A stretch of 20,728 nucleotides of DNA from Opitutales bacterium (GCA_049599475.1 JBMYOQ010000070.1:1-20728), one strand, 5' to 3'; counted from the stretch's first letter, positions 8,931 to 17,919 are shown. Notes: generated by a model from the sequence alone, not told the origin. Made by a program: numbers and translations.

Positions 8931-10226
8931 GTGCCTAAATATACCACAGATATGGTCCTTGATGCCGCGTTTCCCGTAGCGATTTTCGGGATGGGCGTGT
9001 CTGGGCGTGGTGCCGCTGCACTGCTGGAGAAGCATGGTTTCTCCTGGGTCGGATACGACTCCAATTCAGCTTTTAATCGTTGGAAAAGTGAATATGCGGG
9101 CACCCACCGGCTGGTGGTTTTGAGCCCGGGTTTTGCGCCTGATCATGCATGGGTGAGGGATGCAGAGGCCGCGGGCCTGCGCGTGATTTCGGAACTGGAC
9201 TTGGCCGCACATTTTTGGCCCGGTCGTATCGTCGCGATCACCGGAACCAACGGGAAAACAACGCTTACATCCTTCCTCGCTAAGGTCTTCAATTATGCAG
9301 GATTTGAAGCGGTTGCAGTAGGCAATATCGGGGATTCGTTTGCAGGTGTGTTATCAAGACAGAGCTATTCTGAGCAAGCGGTGGCTGTCTGTGAGGTAAG
9401 TTCTTTCCAGGCAGAGCAAACCCATCGCGTCTGTTGGGATGGCATTATATGGACAAATTTTACTGAGGATCACTTGGAGCGGCATGGGTCCATGGAGGAC
9501 TACTTCTTGGCGAAAGCTCAGCTTTTCAAAAATGTAGCGCCAGACGCCCCGATAGTGGTGGGTAAATCGGTGAGTGAGGCCGCGCGGCGCTTTGAAGTGA
9601 TACTGCCATCTTCATGCTTCAACGGAGATTTCGATGCAGGAGAGGTGATTCCATCAGCATTTCGCTCTGCCGCGCAGACGCAGAATTATCGTCAGGCATG
9701 CTTGTTCTGGCGCCTCTGGGGCGGGGATATTGATGCGCTTGAGCAAGCCGCTGCAGACTATAGTCTACCTTCGCACCGCTTGGAGCGGATACCTTCGCGG
9801 GTGGACGGTCCAGTGTTTTGGGATGATTCTAAAGCTACGAATTTTGCCGCAACTTTAGCTGCGCTAGATACATTTTCCGAAGATCCCGTTGTATGGATCG
9901 GAGGCGGTTTGTCTAAAGGGGGAGACCTTCAGAATTTTACAAACAAGCTATCGGAGCGAATTACTTGCGCAGTCCTTCTAGGCGCTGAGCAAAATGCTTT
10001 GAAAGCAGCTCTTGAGAGCCGCGGTATTCGTGTATACACATCTTCGAGTATGAACGACGCTGTAGAGCAGGCAGTCCTCTTTTCAACCACTTTACCATCG
10101 GCGCAAGTATTGTTGAGCCCCGGATTCTCTAGTTTGGATGAGTATCCAAGCTATTCAGCTCGAGGGCTTGCATTCCAAAAGGCGGTAAGGGCGTCGATGG
10201 ATCGAGATTTAATAGCCAACCCCTGA
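8931..10226 (+). CDS. murD: UDP-MurNAc-L-Ala:D-Glu ligase MurD
   Basis: GMGVSG, LSPG, AITGTNGKTT, GNIG, EVSSFQ, NFTEDHLERH, HRLE, DDSKATN, GGLSKG and LLSPGFSSLD..SY..RG..F. Start is GTG 8931 or ATG 8952. Confidence 0.95.
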   Translation: MPKYTTDMVLDAAFPVAIFGMGVSGRGAAALLEKHGFSWVGYDSNSAFNRWKSEYAGTHRLVVLSPGFAPDHAWVRDAEAAGLRVISELDLAAHFWPGRIVAITGTNGKTTLTSFLAKVFNYAGFEAVAVGNIGDSFAGVLSRQSYSEQAVAVCEVSSFQAEQTHRVCWDGIIWTNFTEDHLERHGSMEDYFLAKAQLFKNVAPDAPIVVGKSVSEAARRFEVILPSSCFNGDFDAGEVIPSAFRSAAQTQNYRQACLFWRLWGGDIDALEQAAADYSLPSHRLERIPSRVDGPVFWDDSKATNFAATLAALDTFSEDPVVWIGGGLSKGGDLQNFTNKLSERITCAVLLGAEQNALKAALESRGIRVYTSSSMNDAVEQAVLFSTTLPSAQVLLSPGFSSLDEYPSYSARGLAFQKAVRASMDRDLIANP

Positions 10227-10240
10227 AAGAAAAATTTAGA

Positions 10241-11464
10241 ATGAAATACAAAGGCATTTTCGGAATAGTAGTCCTCATCCATATAGGGATGGGTCTCTTT
10301 ATTGTGACGCAGCCCGGGTGTCAGACATCCCAGGAGGCGGAGACGCCCGCTCCCAGTCCTGTGATTGGGCCCGTTGACGAATCGGAATTGGAAGCTATGA
10401 ACGCTGAGCCTGTTGCTCCCGTGGCAGACCCTGAAGATGACCTCTTCAAACCCTTGGACCAGTCTTTCAATTCTGGAGCTCCGGAGCCCGTATATGTGGA
10501 TATCCCCAGCAGCGGTGCTGTGGACAGTGCTTCCTCTGCCGAGCGCTCGTCGCCTCTGAGGCCCGCCGAGCCGATCTCTGCTCAGCCTATTGGTGTTTTA
10601 GAGTATGCGCCACCGAGTGTTGAGCCGGTGTCTGAAGATGATACGATCACGATTGTCAGCGATACACCCGTAAGCGAAACCTATGCTGTTTCTGCGGGGG
10701 ACAGCCTGTGGGCAATTTCTAAGAAGTTTGGTGTATCTGTATCTTCAATACGTGAAGAAAATGCCCTCAAGAGCGATTCGCTGCAGATTGGTCAAATTTT
10801 GATCATACCTGGCAAAACACGAGAGATCTCCGTAGCCACTCCCTCTCGCGAATTGATTGCGCCTTCGGTCTCACAAGATATTGAAGCGCGCGAATATGTT
10901 GTGGTGCCAAGAGATACGCTCTCTGGGATCGCACAGAAGACAGGAGTCTCTGTGGCTGCGATCCGCTCGGTGAATAATCTACGCAGCGACCTAATCAAAG
11001 TCGGCGATATTTTGATCCTTCCTGCTGAAAGCGAAGTGGTTCAGCCTGAGCCGCGTCCGGCGGGCCCTGTCTCCCGTGCGCCTCGGCAAGTCGAGGCCCC
11101 AGGCGTTTATCACGTCGTGGAGTCAGGGGAAAACCCCACCGTGATCGCACGAAAGTATGGAATTACAGTGAAGGAGCTGATGGCGAAAAATGGCAACTTC
11201 GACCCGCGTTCCCTGCGCGTTGGACAGCGTCTCCTCGTTGGAGATTTGGTCGAAGAGGCACAGCAATCTGTAGAAGTCGAAGCGCCTGCATCTCAGCCAC
11301 AAACTCCTGCTGGATTCCAACCAGTGACTTCATCTCAGCAGGACTCTATTGATGTGGATATTCCTGCTCAGGCACCTGTTACAGAGCCCGAATTTGATGA
11401 AGAGCAATTTATCCGCGAAATCGAAGGTGCTCCCGTTGTGAGCCCGGTTCCGGTAGATCAGTAA
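10241..11464 (+). CDS. Membrane-anchored or lipoprotein peptidoglycan-binding protein with three LysM domains
   Basis: N-terminal basic and hydrophobic segment ending in QPGC (Cys27). LysM repeats at about 10682-10810 (YAVSAGDSLWAISKKFGVS..LQIGQILIIP), 10895-11023 (YVVVPRDTLSGIAQKTGVS..IKVGDILILP) and 11108-11239 (YHVVESGENPTVIARKYGIT..LRVGQRLLV), joined by Pro/Glu/Ser-rich linkers. Confidence 0.93.
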   Translation: MKYKGIFGIVVLIHIGMGLFIVTQPGCQTSQEAETPAPSPVIGPVDESELEAMNAEPVAPVADPEDDLFKPLDQSFNSGAPEPVYVDIPSSGAVDSASSAERSSPLRPAEPISAQPIGVLEYAPPSVEPVSEDDTITIVSDTPVSETYAVSAGDSLWAISKKFGVSVSSIREENALKSDSLQIGQILIIPGKTREISVATPSRELIAPSVSQDIEAREYVVVPRDTLSGIAQKTGVSVAAIRSVNNLRSDLIKVGDILILPAESEVVQPEPRPAGPVSRAPRQVEAPGVYHVVESGENPTVIARKYGITVKELMAKNGNFDPRSLRVGQRLLVGDLVEEAQQSVEVEAPASQPQTPAGFQPVTSSQQDSIDVDIPAQAPVTEPEFDEEQFIREIEGAPVVSPVPVDQ

Positions 11465-11472
11465 ATTCCTGT

Positions 11473-12648
11473 ATGATCGAGACGCCTACTGCCAGCACAT
11501 TTGAACCACCGCCGAGCCCAGCGGTGCGAGGTAAGTGGCGCCTGGACGACTGGTTGTTGGTGTTGTGTGTCGGAGTGTTGGTCGGGATCGGAGTCGTTGT
11601 GCTTTTGAGCAGCACCTATGTCATGGACTCGACTGATGTATTTTCATTGCTGCGACGCCAGATGGTGTGGCTCTTTGCAAGTGTTCTGGCATTTGCTTTA
11701 GCCTTGCGGATCAATTTAGATGCTGTGCGGGAGGTGGTTTGGTATACTGTTCCGATCGCTGTGGCTCTCTGCCTGATGGTATTCTTGCCAGTCATAGGTC
11801 GTGAAATTAATGGTACGCGCCGCTGGCTAATCTTAGGCCCTATGCGACTCCAGGTTGCTGAGGTCGTTAAGGTTGTATTGATTTTTTTGATGGCGCACTA
11901 CCTCTCAGCCTACCAGCGCCGTTTGGGTACTATCGTCTGGGGCTTTCTCATTCCTGCCGCGATTATTGGGGGCGCCTTCGGGTTGATTATGCTTCAACCA
12001 GATTATGGCACGGCCTTTCTGTGTGCTACCGTTAGCGGTATCCTCTTGTTCTTAGCTGGAGGGCGCTTGGTTTACTGGGTGCCCGCAGGACTCCTGGGGT
12101 TGACCGGGTTCTCCCTGCTCGTATGGCATAATCCGGAGCGCCTGAGCCGGGTAACCTCCTTCCTCTCATTGGGAGACGAGGCTGTCCGCGCTGATGATGG
12201 TTATCAACTCTGGCAGGGCATTCTCGGTTTCGCCTCTGGAGGTAGTACGGGTGTTGGGCTGGGGCAGGGGCGTCAGCAGCTCACTTATTTGCCTGAAGCG
12301 CATACGGATTTCATCTTCTCCATTGTAGGTGAAGAAATGGGATTCGTGATGACGGGTTTCATCCTCCTGCTGTTCTTCGCTATATTCTTGATCGTGAATT
12401 TCAAATTGAAGTTCGCGCCGACGGTGTACCAGTACCTTGTCGTTCAAGGATGTCTGCTTTTTATGCTGCTACAAGCTCTCATTAACATGGGTGTCGTGAC
12501 GGGTGTATTGCCGACTAAGGGTATGTCATTGCCGTTTATCAGCTATGGTGGATCGAATCTGATCCTCATGTTTTTCTGTGTCGGAGTCATACTAAATGCT
12601 TCCCGTTCATGGCGGGGACGAAATGTGAAGGGAGAGCCAGCAACATGA
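11473..12648 (+). CDS. ftsW: SEDS-family peptidoglycan glycosyltransferase FtsW
   Basis: Polytopic protein with NGTRRWL, QPDYGTA, GYQ, YLPEAHTDFIFSIVGEEMG (catalytic Asp retained) and LPTKGMSLPFISYGGSN. Directly upstream of murG. Confidence 0.96.
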   Translation: MIETPTASTFEPPPSPAVRGKWRLDDWLLVLCVGVLVGIGVVVLLSSTYVMDSTDVFSLLRRQMVWLFASVLAFALALRINLDAVREVVWYTVPIAVALCLMVFLPVIGREINGTRRWLILGPMRLQVAEVVKVVLIFLMAHYLSAYQRRLGTIVWGFLIPAAIIGGAFGLIMLQPDYGTAFLCATVSGILLFLAGGRLVYWVPAGLLGLTGFSLLVWHNPERLSRVTSFLSLGDEAVRADDGYQLWQGILGFASGGSTGVGLGQGRQQLTYLPEAHTDFIFSIVGEEMGFVMTGFILLLFFAIFLIVNFKLKFAPTVYQYLVVQGCLLFMLLQALINMGVVTGVLPTKGMSLPFISYGGSNLILMFFCVGVILNASRSWRGRNVKGEPAT

Positions 12649-13793
12649 GTCGTTATGTCATCGCATGTGGAGGAACGGGGGGACACCTTGCCCCCGGAAT
12701 CGCAATCGGAGAAGTCCTTCAGCAGGATGGACACGAATGCACGCTGATTGTCAGTGAGAAACAGGTGGACTCGCGCCTGATCAAAAAGTATCCAAATTTG
12801 CACTGCGAACCCCTGGCGAGCTCTCCGATGAAAATGTCGCCGAAGGGCCTGGCCCGCTTTGTTCTGAAAAATGCAAAGGGCATTCGTCGAATGGTTCAGT
12901 TGCTCAGAAAGAATGAAACGGACTTAGTCATCGCGTTCGGTGGATTTTTATCGCTGCCAGTGATCATAGCCGCGCGAATCGTGGGCATCCCCTTTGTGTT
13001 GCATGAGGCAAACCGTAAGCCGGGAAAGGTGACTCGATTGTTCAAGAAAGCAGCAACACGCATCTACTTGCCAAGGGGGCTCTGGATGCGCGGTATTTCG
13101 GCTGATGTGATTCGCGATTATGGTTTCCCCGTGCGCCGCGAATTCCGCAGAATCGCCAAAGAGGTTTCTCGTGAGCGCCTTGGTTTGCCGAGGGATGGCA
13201 AAGTATTGACGATTCTAGGCGGAAGCCAGGGAGCCCATTCCTTAAATACTTGGGCGCGCGATCATTTTGAAACGCTTGCGGAAATGCACGTGCATTTGTA
13301 CTGTGTGACGGGTATCGGCCAAGGCACTACAGGAGTGTTTGAGCGGCGTCTGGAAAACCGAGGAAGTGTGTTTGCACATTTTGTCCCGTTTACAGATCAG
13401 ATGGCGGAAGTGATGAGCGCTTCGGATTTAGTCATCTCGCGCGCGGGTGCAGGAACCTTGGCAGAGCTCATTCGTAGCCGAGTTCCCTCTATTTTGATAC
13501 CCTATCCCTATGCGGCAGATAATCATCAGGATGCCAATGCGCGTTTTCATGAGCAGCAAGGTGGAGGTATTATGTTGAACCAAAACCGGTTGGATCAGCT
13601 CTTTCATGAGGTAGAGGATTTGCTGTTCAATGATTGGCTTCTTGCGAAATTTCAGAAAAATCTAGCGCTCTTGGACGACCAATATGCTCTGAGTAAAACG
13701 ACTCGGGACCTCGAGCTTCTGGTGTCTTCCAAAAATAACCTTTCGGAGATTGGATCGAAATCCTCAGACCGGCGGGAGGTGCCGGCGTTTTGA
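12645..13793 (+). CDS. murG: Undecaprenyl-PP-MurNAc-pentapeptide GlcNAc transferase MurG
   Basis: GGTGGHLAPG, FGGF, HEAN, GFPVR, GGSQGA, SRAGAGT and HQDANA. Start placed at ATG 12645 (ATGA overlap with the ftsW stop) rather than 12609. Confidence 0.96.
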   Translation: MSRYVIACGGTGGHLAPGIAIGEVLQQDGHECTLIVSEKQVDSRLIKKYPNLHCEPLASSPMKMSPKGLARFVLKNAKGIRRMVQLLRKNETDLVIAFGGFLSLPVIIAARIVGIPFVLHEANRKPGKVTRLFKKAATRIYLPRGLWMRGISADVIRDYGFPVRREFRRIAKEVSRERLGLPRDGKVLTILGGSQGAHSLNTWARDHFETLAEMHVHLYCVTGIGQGTTGVFERRLENRGSVFAHFVPFTDQMAEVMSASDLVISRAGAGTLAELIRSRVPSILIPYPYAADNHQDANARFHEQQGGGIMLNQNRLDQLFHEVEDLLFNDWLLAKFQKNLALLDDQYALSKTTRDLELLVSSKNNLSEIGSKSSDRREVPAF

Positions 13794-15979
13794 CCGCAAA
13801 GGGTCACAGTCTCGAAAAACTGCATCTACTTGGAGTGGGCGGCATGGGAATGGCGCCATTGGCAATCGGATTGGCACGTGCGGGCTGGGAGATCAGCGGT
13901 GAAGATGATTGCTTGAGTTGGGAGGTCGCGAAGCTCTTGCGTGAATCAGGGGTGACGTTGAAGACTCTGAGCACATTTGAGGAATCTGAACTGCCGGAGC
14001 GAGTGATATATTCATCCGCTATTGCTTCGGATCATCCAGGAAGGGTGAAAGCAGAAAGTCTGAGGATTCCGGTGGCCCGCCGCGGATCATTCTTGGCTGA
14101 ATTTGCTCAGGGAAAACGACTGATCGCAATATGTGGGTCGCATGGAAAAACCACTACTGCCGCAATGTGTGCGCACCTGTTTGCGGATACAGACGCTGAT
14201 TACTATGTGGGAGCGCTATTTCAGGATGAAAAATTTGCTCCGGGGCGACTGAATGGCTCAAGTATTTTAATCGCCGAAATAGATGAAAGTGATGGAAGTA
14301 TCCAAGAGTTCGCTCCTGATGCTTTATGTATTCTCAATGTTGATTGGGACCACAGGAGTCAGTATGATAGCGAAGCTGCGTATCGTGAGGCTTTCTATGA
14401 ATTGGCAAAGCGCACTACTGAGGTGATTTGGACTCCTGAGAGTGAGATTGAAAATTTTACTACTCGGCTTGTTGATGAAAAGACTGCTGTCCGTGGGCTA
14501 CCGGATTTTTCTGATTTCAACCAATATAATTATATCGCGGCATCTGCGATCTCCGAATTTTATGAGCAGAAGACAGGGAATTTAGATCTAAATAATTTCC
14601 CTGGCGTCAAACGCCGCCAGGAGCAGGTCTACCAGTCAGGTACATCGGCGGTGTATCATGATTACGCACACCACCCGCGAGAGATCGATGCCTTAATACG
14701 GTTCTTGAAATCGACACATCCCGGGAAATCAATCGAAGTCTATTACGAGCCCCATCGCTATACGCGGACGGAGCACTTGGCTGAAGAATTGATTGATGCT
14801 TTGGAAGCTGCGGATCGCACCACCTTGTTGCCTATATATAGTGCTGGAGAGCGTGAGGGGCCTCCGAATTCCCTATACGCGATTGCTCAAGAGGATCCGG
14901 CGAAATTTAAGATATCGGAGAATGCTTCTAATTTGTTTGAAGAGCTTAGGAGTGAAAGGGTGATTCCGGAAAACACAGTTAGGGCCTTCGTTGGAGCTGG
15001 GAATATTAATTTTCTCGCAGAGTCTTACTCGCAATTCTTAGTGGGAGATGTGGCGAATGTCGGTGAGCATTTGCAGAGAAGACTCGGTGGTGAATGGATA
15101 CGCATCGGTGAACTCCTTTCGGGGAAAACCACTATGCGAGTCGGCGGGACTGCGGAGGTCTATGCCGAACCTCCGAATCGCGAGTCGCTGCGCGAGGTAT
15201 TGAAGATTGCTCGGCTCTGGGGCGCATCGGTATTTTTCCTGGGAAAAGGCTCTAATCTGATTGTGCCTGATATGGGGATACCCTCGGTTGTTGTGCGGCT
15301 CAATCAGGCTGAGTGGCTAGAGGTGCGACCTGTGGATGCGAAAGCCTTGGAAGTCGGCGCGGGAGTGCGCCTCCGTGATATATGCAAAGAGGCGGAACGG
15401 CGTGGAATGGGGGGCTTTGAATTTATGGAAGGGATCCCCGCTTCCCTCGGGGGTGCCCTGCGTATGAACGCTGGGGCGATGGGTGGCTGGATGTCTGATG
15501 TTATCGAATCGATCGAAGTTATGTTGATGGATGGGAAGATCGTACATCTTAAGAAAGACGATCTGCATTACGGCTATCGAAGCATCAACGAATTGGCCAA
15601 TTGTGTGGCTCTTTCCGCTCGCCTGCGAGCAACGGAAGAAATCGCCGGAGAGGCTGTGAAAGCGCGTATCCAAGAAAATATGCAAAAGCGCAAAAAATCA
15701 CAGCCGAGAGAGGCGAGCGCCGGGTGCATCTTCAAGAACCCCGAGGGGGATCATGCCGGACGATTGATTGATATTTGTGGATTAAAAGGGCATCGGGTTG
15801 GGGACGCTCAGGTTTCTGAGGCGCATGCGAATTTTATTGTCAATTTAGGGGCTGCAACATCCGAAGATATAATTGGCTTGGTGAGGTATGTGCGCATGAC
15901 AGTTGCTGAGAAAACGGGCATCACTCTAGAGCCCGAAGCCATTCTGGTGGGTCAAACTTGGGAGGAAGCTTTGTCCTGA
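13790..15979 (+). CDS. murC-murB: Bifunctional MurC-MurB fusion (UDP-MurNAc:L-Ala ligase / UDP-N-acetylenolpyruvoylglucosamine reductase)
   Basis: One uninterrupted 729-codon frame. MurC part (to about aa 415): GVGGMGMAPLA, YSSAI, CGSHGKTTT, EIDESDGS, NVDWDH, GVKRR, DYAHHP, EPHRYTRT, VGAGNI. MurB part: TTMRVGG, LGKGSNL, GIPASLGGALRMNAGA, YGYR, QP..SAGCIFKNP, VSEAHANFIVN, LEPE. The TTG start overlaps the murG stop (TTGA). Confidence 0.95.
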   Translation: MTAKGHSLEKLHLLGVGGMGMAPLAIGLARAGWEISGEDDCLSWEVAKLLRESGVTLKTLSTFEESELPERVIYSSAIASDHPGRVKAESLRIPVARRGSFLAEFAQGKRLIAICGSHGKTTTAAMCAHLFADTDADYYVGALFQDEKFAPGRLNGSSILIAEIDESDGSIQEFAPDALCILNVDWDHRSQYDSEAAYREAFYELAKRTTEVIWTPESEIENFTTRLVDEKTAVRGLPDFSDFNQYNYIAASAISEFYEQKTGNLDLNNFPGVKRRQEQVYQSGTSAVYHDYAHHPREIDALIRFLKSTHPGKSIEVYYEPHRYTRTEHLAEELIDALEAADRTTLLPIYSAGEREGPPNSLYAIAQEDPAKFKISENASNLFEELRSERVIPENTVRAFVGAGNINFLAESYSQFLVGDVANVGEHLQRRLGGEWIRIGELLSGKTTMRVGGTAEVYAEPPNRESLREVLKIARLWGASVFFLGKGSNLIVPDMGIPSVVVRLNQAEWLEVRPVDAKALEVGAGVRLRDICKEAERRGMGGFEFMEGIPASLGGALRMNAGAMGGWMSDVIESIEVMLMDGKIVHLKKDDLHYGYRSINELANCVALSARLRATEEIAGEAVKARIQENMQKRKKSQPREASAGCIFKNPEGDHAGRLIDICGLKGHRVGDAQVSEAHANFIVNLGAATSEDIIGLVRYVRMTVAEKTGITLEPEAILVGQTWEEALS

Positions 15980-16905
15980 TGAAAAATCCAAAAATTTGTA
16001 TCCTATATGGAGGCGTTGGCAATGAACGCTCTGTCTCATTGGAATCGGGTAAGGCCGTTGTTGAAGCCTTGTCTGGGGAATTTAATATTATTGATCATGA
16101 CCTCACCGAGGCGTCTCTGCCCGGTTTTGTGAAAGGAGAAGACATGCTTGTTTTCCCGGTATTGCATGGTCGATTCGGTGAAGACGGTCGTTTGCAGGCT
16201 CAACTGGAGGCTGCTGGCGTGGAGTATTGTGGTTGCGATGCTGGATCCAGTGCTCTGTGTATTGATAAAGTGCGAACAAAAGAAGTCGCCTCACGGGCTG
16301 GGGCGCATGTAGTGGAAAGTCTCGCCTTTGAAGCATCGGAGCTTCCCTCTTACGCCACCTGTGTAGATGCATTGGGTGAAAAATTTGTGATAAAGCCGTC
16401 GAGTGAAGGGAGCAGTGTTGATCTGTTTATGATTGATGACGAAAAGGATTTTGTCGCTGCTTGTAAAAATATCGTAGAAGGTTCTTGGATGGCGGAGAAA
16501 CGGGTCATTGGCCTGGAAACCAGTATCGGCATTTTGAATGGAAAAGCCCAGGGAGTCGTGGCAATTAAGCCCGCGGGTGGCGTATATGATTACGCTCATA
16601 AATACACTGCGGGTGGGTCCACTTATGAATTTCCGGCGCGTATTTCAGATGTCCTTACTTCGGAGATACAAGCGACTACGGAGCGGATTTTTGAAAAGTG
16701 TGGATGTCGAGACTATGCACGCGTTGATTATATCTTAGAATCAGGCAAAAAACCTGTGTTTTTGGAGATTAATTCATTGCCTGGGCTGACACCGACCAGT
16801 TTACTTCCAAAGAGTGTTTCGTGCAATGGGTTCAGTTTTTTAGATTTGCTCAAAGCGATGCTGTCTCCCGCGATTGCACGATGGTCTGAGAGATATGGCA
16901 ATTAA
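15979..16905 (+). CDS. ddl: D-alanine--D-alanine ligase
   Basis: YGG..NERSVSLESG, LHGRFGEDG, DK, KPSSEGSS, omega loop YDYAHKY (Tyr type), RVDY and LEINSLPGLTPTSLLP. ATG 15979 overlaps the murC-murB stop (TGATG). Confidence 0.96.
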   Translation: MKNPKICILYGGVGNERSVSLESGKAVVEALSGEFNIIDHDLTEASLPGFVKGEDMLVFPVLHGRFGEDGRLQAQLEAAGVEYCGCDAGSSALCIDKVRTKEVASRAGAHVVESLAFEASELPSYATCVDALGEKFVIKPSSEGSSVDLFMIDDEKDFVAACKNIVEGSWMAEKRVIGLETSIGILNGKAQGVVAIKPAGGVYDYAHKYTAGGSTYEFPARISDVLTSEIQATTERIFEKCGCRDYARVDYILESGKKPVFLEINSLPGLTPTSLLPKSVSCNGFSFLDLLKAMLSPAIARWSERYGN

Positions 16906-17887
16906 GAGAAAAAACCAGGGCCCAGCGAAGGGTAATAAGGGTGGGACAAACCGCTCCTGGAAAGCCCTCTCTCAGGATGTCGGCGAAGTTCCGGTGACTC
17001 CTTTTGCCTGGCGCAAACGCTTGCTCCCTATCGGTAAGGCGATTGCAGCCTGTGCAATTCTTGCTGCTGTCTGCTGGGGCTTGTTTTCGATGCGCGGAAA
17101 ATTCGATGACATGCAGCGCAATGTTTTGTCTGGAATGGGTGAAGACCCTGTGATTCGTGAGATTCGTTTTGAGACTGATGGTGTCTTGAGTGAATCCTTC
17201 ATCAAGAAGCACCTCGATCTGTATGAAGGGGTTGCGTTGATGGATGTGGATATTTTCGACATTAAGCAGCGCCTTGAAGATTTTGAGCAAATCCGTTCGG
17301 CTTCGGTAGAGCGGAGCATTTCGAATGCTTTCATCAATATTCGTGTCTCTGAGCGCCAACCAATTTTTAAAATGGTTGTGCAAGGAGCTCAGGGGAGTGA
17401 GCTACGCTTGGTCGATGGCGATGGGGTCAGTTTTAAAGCACATGGATTTGGAAGAAATACTATGGTGCGTCTTCCTGCGATTGGCGGAGTGGCTCTGAGG
17501 CATGAAGCCGGTGTTTATTTGCCGATCGAAGAGATTGTTAATTTAAACCATCTGCAAAATACGATTCGTGAGATGACTCCGCATTGGTTTATGGCGGTAG
17601 ACTCTATCGTCTTGCGGCCAAAGAGTGCACAGTCGGATATTCTCGGGCACTATTTTGTCGTCCGGACTAATTGGTGTGATGAATTGATTCTGGACGGAGC
17701 AACTTTGGAAACACAGCTTATTCGCTTGGACCGCCTGTTGGGCGAACTGGTTGCTGGAGGCGTCGACCTTGATAAGCGCAAGCTCCAAGTCGTGGACCTT
17801 ACCGTGGATGATCGCGCGATCGTTCGCTTCGATCGTATCAATGGGCGCAATGGAAGTGCGCGCAAATCCCGAGAGCATCTCCTATAG
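16895..17887 (+). CDS. ftsQ: Cell division protein FtsQ/DivIB
   Basis: Basic cytoplasmic N-terminus, one TM (IAACAILAAVCWGLF), a POTRA-like segment (IREIRF..VDIFDIKQRLE..IRSASVER..IRVSERQP) and C-terminal VVDLT..RAIVR. Lies between ddl and ftsA. ATG 16895 is preferred over TTG 16874. Confidence 0.88.
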   Translation: MAIKRKNQGPAKGNKGGTNRSWKALSQDVGEVPVTPFAWRKRLLPIGKAIAACAILAAVCWGLFSMRGKFDDMQRNVLSGMGEDPVIREIRFETDGVLSESFIKKHLDLYEGVALMDVDIFDIKQRLEDFEQIRSASVERSISNAFINIRVSERQPIFKMVVQGAQGSELRLVDGDGVSFKAHGFGRNTMVRLPAIGGVALRHEAGVYLPIEEIVNLNHLQNTIREMTPHWFMAVDSIVLRPKSAQSDILGHYFVVRTNWCDELILDGATLETQLIRLDRLLGELVAGGVDLDKRKLQVVDLTVDDRAIVRFDRINGRNGSARKSREHLL

Positions 17888-17919
17888 GCGTATGAATTTT
17901 TTGAGAACGGATATTGGGC

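Noticed and set aside
16585..16605. Possible D-Ala-D-Lac (vancomycin-resistance-type) ligase
   Set aside because: The omega loop YDYAHKY retains the Tyr typical of D-Ala-D-Ala ligases, and the gene is in the housekeeping position.
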